Part shown: positions 57,717-64,000 of the stretch, piece by piece | How positions within the stretch are numbered: position 1 is the stretch's first letter | How the letters are laid out: each line of letters starts with the position of its first letter | DNA from: Elusimicrobiota bacterium | Lineage (GTDB): Bacteria > Elusimicrobiota > Elusimicrobia > F11 | NCBI GenBank assembly: GCA_044221725.1 | Contig: JBGAON010000005.1 | Coordinates: forward strand, 1-64,000 | Direction: 5' to 3' | DNA length: 64,000 nt | Notes under the pieces: generated by a model | The model's database searches: none | What the model saw: the letters and a program-made list of their open reading frames with translations, nothing else | Told to the model about the DNA's origin: nothing | Translations under genes and position numbers: made by a program

Positions 57717-60272
57717 ATGCAAGCCGTTATCCTTGCTGGGGGATTTGGAACCCGGTTGCGTCCTTTGACCATCAACCTGCCAAAGCCCATGGCCCCCGTC
57801 GTGAATCAACCGATGATGGAGCACGTGGTGCGCTTGCTTGAAAAGCACGGATTTCGCGACCTGTTGTGTATGCTGCATTACTCACCGGACGTCATTACAC
57901 GGCATTTTGAGAGCGGAAAGAATTGGGACGTGAACATGTCTTATCTGCGCCCCGAAGTGGACTTGGGAACGGCCGGGTGCATTCGTTACGCGGCCGATAC
58001 GGTTGAGCACAAAGATCTTGCCCGCGAACCATTTGTTGTGATGTCTGGCGACGTGTTGACCGACATTGATCTCACGAAAGCCTGGGAATTTCATAAGCAA
58101 AAGAAAGCCGCGGCGACACTCGTGCTCACGCGCACGATAAAGCCGCTGCAATACGGCGTTGTCATCACCGACGATGAAGGGCGCATTGTTCGCTTTCTTG
58201 AAAAGCCAACCTGGGGCGAAGTTTTTTCCGACACCGTTAACACAGGTATCTATATTCTGAGCCCCGAAGCCGTGAAATTAATTCCGCCGGACGAGGCGTT
58301 CGATTTCTCGAAAAATTTATTTCCAAAGATGATCAAGCAGGGATTGCCGCTGTACGGATACGTGGCGCCCGGTTATTGGAAAGACGTTGGTGATTTGACC
58401 GAATACCGAATGGCGCATATCGATATTCTCGAGAACAAGGCTCATGTGAAAGTGAGCGGCACCCCTTTGAAAGAATTTCCAAACGTTTCGGTGGGAGAGA
58501 ATTGCGAGATTGAGCCTGGCGTTCGTTTTGAAGGAAACGTGGTGCTTGGAAAAGGCGTGCATATCGGTCGCGATGCGGAGATCACGCAGTCCGTCATTGG
58601 AAATTTTGTGCGCATTGGGTCGGGCGCCAGCATTCGGAAGTCCGTTGTGTGGGACCGCACGCTTATTTTGCCGGAAACGGATTTACGAGAAGCCATCGTT
58701 GGACGCGGTGTGCGGATTGGGCAGCGCGCGCGTATTGAAGTGGGCGCGGTCGTGGCGAGTCGTTGTGAGATCGGTGCGGACGCTGTGCTCAAGCCCTCGG
58801 TCAAAATGTGGCCGGAAAAAACGCTCGAAGAAGGAGCGGTGTTGTCCAGTTCGCTCGTGTGGGGCGAACGTTGGACGAAACAACTTTTTGGAAACGCTGG
58901 CATCACCGGCCTCGCAAATATTGAAGTGACGCCCGAGTTCGCTGCGAAACTGGGCGCCGCCTACGGCGCGATGCTTGGTCAAGGTGCGTACGTGATCACA
59001 TCGCGCGACGCTCACAAGGCCAGCCGACTTCTTAAGCGCGCGCTTATTTCTGGTTTGCTCTCCGAAGGCGTTCGCGTCGGAGATCTTCGCATGGTGCCGG
59101 TGCCAATTGTGCGGTACGAAATGGGGAAAGAAGGCGAGTCCGGAGGCGTGCACGTGCGGTTATCGCCGTTCGATTCGCGTATGGTCGATATTCGAATTTT
59201 TGATCGCGACGGAAACGATTTGCCAATTGCCAAAGAAAAAGCGATCGAACAACTTTTCATGCGCGAGGATTTCAAGCGCTCGGCTGTGCAGGATGTTGGG
59301 GAAATCACGGTGCCGCCCCGGGTGCAAGAGTATTACCGGACGGGTTTCCTGAAAAACATCAATTCCTCCACGCTCAAGCATCGCCGGTTCAAAGTGGTTA
59401 TCGATTATTCGCATTCGGCAGCTTCCCAAATTCTTCCCGACCTTCTTGGAGAACTCGGAATTGAGTCGGTGGCTATCAATGCGCACACCTCCACCGCCCA
59501 TGTGACGCGCACGGAGGCGGAGTTCCAGCGGTCGCTGAACGAACTTTCCAATATTGTCACCACGCTCAAGGCCGACGCCGGCTTCTTAATTGACAATGGC
59601 GCCGAGAAACTATTTATCGTAAATGAAAAGGGACGCATCATTTCGTCGGAAGAAGCGCTCGTGCTTGTTGGCTTATTGGTGTTGCAAGGCCACAACCGGG
59701 ACGTTATAGGGTATCCGGTTCGCGCTTCGTCGCTGTTGGAGCAGCTTGGCACAATGAAAGGCGCAACGGTCCTGCGCACGCCGATCAATCCCCGTCATAT
59801 TTTGGATTACGCACGCAAACCCAACATGGGATTTGTGGGCGATGCCGAGGGTGGTTTCATTTTCCCGAAATTCCAACCAGCGTTTGACGCGATGTACGCG
59901 GTGGCGCACATTTTGGAAATGCTGGCCGAGCTCAATACCGCGCTCGGCGATTTTTGGGACCAGCACGCGCAGCCGATTCATCTTTTGCATCGCCGCGTTC
60001 CGTGCTCGTGGGGAAAGAAGGGCCAGGTGATGCGCTTGGCTCAAATGGTGAAGGAAGGGCAGCGCATTGAGCTTTTGGACGGCGTGAAGATTCATTTTAC
60101 GGATGGTTGGGTGCTGGTTTTGCCCGACGGGAACGAAGCCTATTGTCACTTGTGGGTGGAGGGAAAAACCGAAGCGGCCGCCCGAGCGTACATGGAAAAT
60201 TACACGAAGAACGTGCACGAGTGGCAGTCGATTGAGGACGAAGAGATTCAAAAAGAGTCTCCAGTGAAATAA
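57717..60272 (+). CDS. Mannose-1-phosphate guanylyltransferase fused to phosphomannomutase-like domain
   Basis: LAGGFGTRLRPLT..PKP, FLEKP, hexapeptide beta-helix, then LFGNAGITGLAN.EVTPEF (PMM fold). Confidence 0.9.
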   Translation: MQAVILAGGFGTRLRPLTINLPKPMAPVVNQPMMEHVVRLLEKHGFRDLLCMLHYSPDVITRHFESGKNWDVNMSYLRPEVDLGTAGCIRYAADTVEHKDLAREPFVVMSGDVLTDIDLTKAWEFHKQKKAAATLVLTRTIKPLQYGVVITDDEGRIVRFLEKPTWGEVFSDTVNTGIYILSPEAVKLIPPDEAFDFSKNLFPKMIKQGLPLYGYVAPGYWKDVGDLTEYRMAHIDILENKAHVKVSGTPLKEFPNVSVGENCEIEPGVRFEGNVVLGKGVHIGRDAEITQSVIGNFVRIGSGASIRKSVVWDRTLILPETDLREAIVGRGVRIGQRARIEVGAVVASRCEIGADAVLKPSVKMWPEKTLEEGAVLSSSLVWGERWTKQLFGNAGITGLANIEVTPEFAAKLGAAYGAMLGQGAYVITSRDAHKASRLLKRALISGLLSEGVRVGDLRMVPVPIVRYEMGKEGESGGVHVRLSPFDSRMVDIRIFDRDGNDLPIAKEKAIEQLFMREDFKRSAVQDVGEITVPPRVQEYYRTGFLKNINSSTLKHRRFKVVIDYSHSAASQILPDLLGELGIESVAINAHTSTAHVTRTEAEFQRSLNELSNIVTTLKADAGFLIDNGAEKLFIVNEKGRIISSEEALVLVGLLVLQGHNRDVIGYPVRASSLLEQLGTMKGATVLRTPINPRHILDYARKPNMGFVGDAEGGFIFPKFQPAFDAMYAVAHILEMLAELNTALGDFWDQHAQPIHLLHRRVPCSWGKKGQVMRLAQMVKEGQRIELLDGVKIHFTDGWVLVLPDGNEAYCHLWVEGKTEAAARAYMENYTKNVHEWQSIEDEEIQKESPVK

Positions 60273-61096
60273 TGAAGAAGATTGCGATTACCAATCAAAA
60301 GGGTGGCGTCGGGAAAACGACGACCGCGATTAATCTATCAACGGCGGTCGCATTGGCCGGCGTGAAAACGCTTGTGGTGGATTTGGATCCGCAAGCGAAC
60401 GTAACGTCTGGCTTCGGCGTGGAAAAAGCCGGTGTCGATTCGAACGTGTACGCTGCAATAATTGGAAATCGGCCGATGGCGGAAGTGATTGTCAAAACAC
60501 AAGTGCCCAATTTGAGCTTGGCGCCTTCTGGCATTGACCTTGTGGGCGCAGAGCTTGAGCTGGCTTCAATGGACGGCCGCGAAAACCGGCTTAAGAACGC
60601 GTTGGCGACGCTTAACGATGAATACCAATTTGTATTTTTTGACTGCCCGCCGTCCTTGGGGCTTATTACCCTGAATGCGTTAATCGCGGCGGATTCGATT
60701 CTTATTCCGATTCAGTGCGAGTATTACGCGCTTGAAGGACTCACGCAGCTCGTGACCTCGATAGAATTTATACGCAACCGGTTTAATGCAAACTTGCAAG
60801 TGGAAGGTTTGGTTTTTACGATGTACGACGGCCGCTCGAACCTCACTCGGCAAGTGCGCGAAGAAGTGGAAAAGCATTTTTACGGCAAAACCTATCGCAA
60901 CTGGATTCCGCGCAATGTTCGATTGGCCGAGGCGCCGGGCTTTGGTAAGCCAGGCGTAATCTACGATCCGCAATCGGTCGGCTCGCGCGCGTACAAACTT
61001 TTGGCGGACGAATTTTTACAAAACAACGGCATTCGGCCTTACGAGAACACAGTGACGGAAACAGCAGCATCACCGGAGCCGGCGGGGGTGGCATAA
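60272..61096 (+). CDS. parA: Chromosome partitioning ATPase ParA/Soj
   Basis: NQKGGVGKTTT, DLDPQAN, DCPPSLG, QCEYYALEG, IPRNVRLAEAP. Confidence 0.96.
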   Translation: MKKIAITNQKGGVGKTTTAINLSTAVALAGVKTLVVDLDPQANVTSGFGVEKAGVDSNVYAAIIGNRPMAEVIVKTQVPNLSLAPSGIDLVGAELELASMDGRENRLKNALATLNDEYQFVFFDCPPSLGLITLNALIAADSILIPIQCEYYALEGLTQLVTSIEFIRNRFNANLQVEGLVFTMYDGRSNLTRQVREEVEKHFYGKTYRNWIPRNVRLAEAPGFGKPGVIYDPQSVGSRAYKLLADEFLQNNGIRPYENTVTETAASPEPAGVA

Positions 61097-62004
61097 TGGC
61101 TGGACACAAAGCACTGGGACGTGGACTCGAAGCACTCTTCTCTTCAGCGCAAGCAAAAGTGAAAACCGATGCACCGGTGGCGACCGCGCCAACCGCCACA
61201 ATCGATGCTCCCGTAAATCAAATCCGTGAAATTTCTGTTTCGCACATCAAACCGAACCGTCATCAACCGCGCACACAATTTGATCCGGCCGCGCTGCAGG
61301 AACTGGCCGACTCGATAAAATCGCACGGCCTCGCGCAACCTTTGCTGGTAACCGAAACCGCGATGCCCGGCGAATACGAACTTGTTGCCGGCGAACGCCG
61401 ATTGCGCGCATCGAAAATGGCGGGGCTCACTGTGGTTCCTTGCACCGTTCGAAAAATGTCGAACCGCGAACGGTTTGAAGTCGCACTGATTGAAAACATT
61501 CAGCGTCAAGATTTGAACGCGCTCGAAGAAGCCGCGGCGCTTGATGGTCTTATGAAGGAATACGATTTGACGCAGGAAGATGTGGCAACGGCGATCGGCA
61601 AAAGCCGCTCCGCTGTTGCGAACGTGCTTCGCTTGCTGCGTTTGCATGAAGATGTTCAGGCCGCGGTTCGCGCCGGTACGATTTCCGAGGGCCACGCGAA
61701 ATGTCTCGCCGGTGTAGCCGAACACACCGAACAATTGCGTCTTCTCATTAAAATTATCGAGGAGCACCTGAGTGTTCGTCAACTCGAAGCCTTGCTCGCG
61801 CCGGGAACGTTCAAGAAAAAAAGTGCGAACTTCGGCCCAAAGGCGGCGCTGCCGGAAGTTCTCAAATATCAAGAAGAGATCCAGCGTGTTCTCGGTCGCC
61901 GCGTCGAAATCCAATCGAGTGGCGGAAAGAAAGGTTGGATCAAGTTCGAGTTTTACAACCCCGAGGACTTGGATACGCTCTGCCAAAAGTTGGGACTGAA
62001 GTAG
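61096..62004 (+). CDS. parB: Chromosome partitioning protein ParB/Spo0J
   Basis: ALGRGLEAL, QPR, AGERRLRA, ENIQRQDLN, KSRSAVANVLRLL. Confidence 0.96.
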   Translation: MAGHKALGRGLEALFSSAQAKVKTDAPVATAPTATIDAPVNQIREISVSHIKPNRHQPRTQFDPAALQELADSIKSHGLAQPLLVTETAMPGEYELVAGERRLRASKMAGLTVVPCTVRKMSNRERFEVALIENIQRQDLNALEEAAALDGLMKEYDLTQEDVATAIGKSRSAVANVLRLLRLHEDVQAAVRAGTISEGHAKCLAGVAEHTEQLRLLIKIIEEHLSVRQLEALLAPGTFKKKSANFGPKAALPEVLKYQEEIQRVLGRRVEIQSSGGKKGWIKFEFYNPEDLDTLCQKLGLK

Positions 62005-62007
62005 GAA

Positions 62008-63156
62008 GTGTCTCTCCTCGATGCGTCGGCTCAAAAGAAATTCCTAAAAAAGCTGCTCGCGTGGTACAAGAAGCACGGTCGCCACGATATGCCTTGGCGA
62101 AAAACGAAAGATCCGTACGCGGTGCTTCTTTCCGAATTCATGCTGCAACAAACGACTGTTGCGACGGTTCGCCCGTATTACGACCGCTTTCTGAAAAAAT
62201 TTCCGACGCTTCAATCGTTGGCCGACGCCGAACTTAATTCGGTCCTCGCGTTGTGGTCGGGGCTTGGTTATTACGCGCGGGCGCGAAATCTTTGGGCGGC
62301 TGCGCGCGCGATTGTGACGGATCATAATGGAAAAATTCCATCCGACGTGGTTGCGCTTGAAAAGCTTCCGGGCATTGGCGCGTATACGGCGGGCGCGATA
62401 TCCGCGTTCGCGTTTAATCGGCCGGCCGCTGTGCTTGATGCCAACGTGAACCGAGTGCTTATGCGGCTTCTCGCTATCGAAGACGACCCGCGCTTGCGCG
62501 CGGTTCAAATCGTTCTGCAAAAAATGGCGCTGGAGCTTGCGAGCATGCCGCGTCCGGTGACCACGTCAATTCCGAGCCGTGGTCAATCGTGCTCGCGCGA
62601 TACAAACCTGGCGCTGATGGATATTGGATCGACCGTTTGTTTGCCGGCCAAGCCACTGTGCGAACAATGCCCCGTATCGGAGTTTTGCTTGGCACTTCAA
62701 GCGGGAAAGCAAGAAGCCATTCCGCTCAAAGGCGAAACACCCGAGCGGCCGAAAATTCGGCGTTTGTTCGCCGCGCTCCAATACAAAGGCGCATGGCTCA
62801 TGGGCCAACGTCCCAAAGAAGGTTTGTTCGGAGGATTGTGGGAATTAATTGGCGTGGATGTGCCCACGAGCGTTGAGCCGGTGGAATATCTCGAAGAATT
62901 TGTCGAGCAGGAGATTGGTTTCAAGATTCGCGTGCGGCAGGCCATTCCTATGTTCGAGCACCAATTGTCGCACCGCATCTTTGTTGTCCGTGCCTTCCTT
63001 TGCGATCCAATGACCACCGGGCCCGATCTTCTCCCCACGAAAGGGAAGCGGTATGACCGGTTTAAATGGGTAAAGCCGTCCAAAATGAATTCGCTCGGAA
63101 TCTCCTCCATTACACAGCGTATTTTTGCGCTATTGGAACAAACTCCGTCTTCTTAA
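62008..63156 (+). CDS. mutY: A/G-specific adenine glycosylase
   Basis: SEFMLQQT, WSGLGYYARARNL, LPGIGAYTA, CLPAKPLCEQCP, C-terminal NUDIX-like domain. Confidence 0.95.
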   Translation: MSLLDASAQKKFLKKLLAWYKKHGRHDMPWRKTKDPYAVLLSEFMLQQTTVATVRPYYDRFLKKFPTLQSLADAELNSVLALWSGLGYYARARNLWAAARAIVTDHNGKIPSDVVALEKLPGIGAYTAGAISAFAFNRPAAVLDANVNRVLMRLLAIEDDPRLRAVQIVLQKMALELASMPRPVTTSIPSRGQSCSRDTNLALMDIGSTVCLPAKPLCEQCPVSEFCLALQAGKQEAIPLKGETPERPKIRRLFAALQYKGAWLMGQRPKEGLFGGLWELIGVDVPTSVEPVEYLEEFVEQEIGFKIRVRQAIPMFEHQLSHRIFVVRAFLCDPMTTGPDLLPTKGKRYDRFKWVKPSKMNSLGISSITQRIFALLEQTPSS

Positions 63157-63163
63157 TTTTTTG

Positions 63164-63192
63164 TTGACGGCCAACGGCAACTAAGCTACCAT
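63164..63192 (+). promoter_or_regulatory. Putative sigma70 promoter of rpsP-rimM-trmD
   Basis: TTGACG-17 bp-TACCAT. Confidence 0.65.
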
Positions 63193-63291
63193 CCGCCACA
63201 GCTTTTGCCAAAAAACCCCCCTGTCTGGTCAATCCATGAGAGGAACCCGCACGGGTGTTTTGTTGGCTATTTTAATTAGAGTGAGAAAAAA

Positions 63292-63627
63292 ATGAGTGTT
63301 CGAATTCGTTTCAATCGTATCGGTCGGCCGCACGCCGCCTATTATCGTCTGGTCGCCATCGATCGTCGCCAAGCACGGGACGCTTCTCCAATTGAAGTGC
63401 TTGGCACATTCAATCCACGCAACATGAAAAACCCCGAAGTGATCCACGTTGAACGGATCAAATATTGGGTTGGCGTCGGCGCACTCCCGACCGAATCCGT
63501 GGTCCACACATTGAAACAAGCGGGTATTTGGGAACAAGTGAAGCCCGCTGCGAAAGCGGCTCCTGCAGCGAAGCCAGCCGCGGAAAAACCGGCGGCCAAA
63601 TCCGCCAGCAAAGCTTCAAAAAGTTAA
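63292..63627 (+). CDS. rpsP: 30S ribosomal protein S16 (Lys/Ala/Pro-rich tail)
   Basis: MSVRIRFNRIGR..YYRLVAIDRR..RD..IEVLGTFNP...YWVGVGALPT. Confidence 0.96.
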   Translation: MSVRIRFNRIGRPHAAYYRLVAIDRRQARDASPIEVLGTFNPRNMKNPEVIHVERIKYWVGVGALPTESVVHTLKQAGIWEQVKPAAKAAPAAKPAAEKPAAKSASKASKS

Positions 63628-63671
63628 ATCCTCTTTTTCCGTCCTGTCGTTGACTCCCGGTCGTCACCGTT

Positions 63672-63911
63672 ATGGATGAGAACGTTTATCAAGTAAAAGA
63701 TTTGGCCGGGTGCGTGGTCGTCACCACAAAAGGGGAAACGCTCGGGCTTCTGCGCGATGTGTTGCCCACCGGCGCAAACGACATTTATGTGGTTGGCGAA
63801 GGCAAGGACGAGGTTTTGATTCCGGCTTTAAAGTCTGTTGTCCGGAAAATTGATATTGCAAACAAACGTATTGACGTCGAATTGCCGGATGGGTTGCGAG
63901 ATCATCCTTGA
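63672..63911 (+). CDS. rimM: RimM, PRC-barrel domain only (79 aa)
   Basis: DLAGCVV..GETLG..DVLPTGANDIYVV..EVLIPAL..VRKID...PDGL; lies between rpsP and trmD. Confidence 0.85.
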   Translation: MDENVYQVKDLAGCVVVTTKGETLGLLRDVLPTGANDIYVVGEGKDEVLIPALKSVVRKIDIANKRIDVELPDGLRDHP

Positions 63912-64000
63912 CGTTGGCCGTTGATATTCTCACGATTTTTCCTTCGATGTTAGAAGGTCCGCTTTCGGAAAGTTTGATAAAGAAAGCGCAAGACGCGGGA
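63908..64000 (+). CDS. trmD: tRNA (guanine-N1)-methyltransferase, 5' fragment
   Basis: TTG start overlapping the rimM stop: MTLAVDILTIFPSMLEGPLSESLIKKAQDAG; canonical synteny. Confidence 0.88.
   Translation, partial: MTLAVDILTIFPSMLEGPLSESLIKKAQDAG

Noticed and set aside
60272..62004. parS site near parAB
   Set aside because: I found no convincing TGTTTCACGTGAAACA-like palindrome by eye; a motif scan is needed to exclude degenerate sites.
61144..62034. 296-aa antisense ORF opposite parB (likewise 18749-19630 and 42033-42968)
   Set aside because: Antisense shadows of conserved genes with no independent support.
63540..63627. Histone-like PAAK tail of S16 as a novelty
   Set aside because: Low-complexity C-terminal extensions of S16 are common.

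Overview
Chromosomal window from a diderm bacterium with moderately high GC. Gene content (PorV-like+TPR protein, FlgD-Ig/T9SS-A-like C-terminal domain, giant beta-helix protein) is reminiscent of Elusimicrobiota-like lineages, but this is inference only. Bases 1-15520 are one uninterrupted minus-strand ORF that the ORF track misses because its stop codon lies outside the window. It encodes a >5,170-aa signal-peptide-bearing, Asn/Thr/Ser/Gly-rich surface protein built from modules of 272-591 aa, arranged in an 8,730-bp higher-order repeat and containing mosaic near-identical DNA tracts. It lies directly behind an Rrf2 regulator that lacks the Fe-S cysteines, whose leader holds a sigma70-like promoter followed by an intrinsic terminator (possible attenuator). 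The rest is mostly housekeeping: hpnD/crtB-like, HAD, diguanylate cyclase, nth, NUDIX, DnaQ-like, clpP, cysC-PHP-cysH, ppdK, glcD/E fusion-glcF, GH94 phosphorylase, nfu-mrp, rimO, GDP-mannose enzyme, parAB, mutY, rpsP-rimM-trmD. Other notable items are a histidine kinase/Ig-repeat CTD cargo/PorV-TPR operon preceded by four 11-bp-phased YTTAA boxes, a four-lipoprotein LPP20/FlgT/DUF799/CsgG cluster, REP-like palindromes (one inserted in frame into a lipoprotein signal peptide) and a PRC-barrel-only RimM. No rRNA, tRNA, CRISPR array or transposase was seen.
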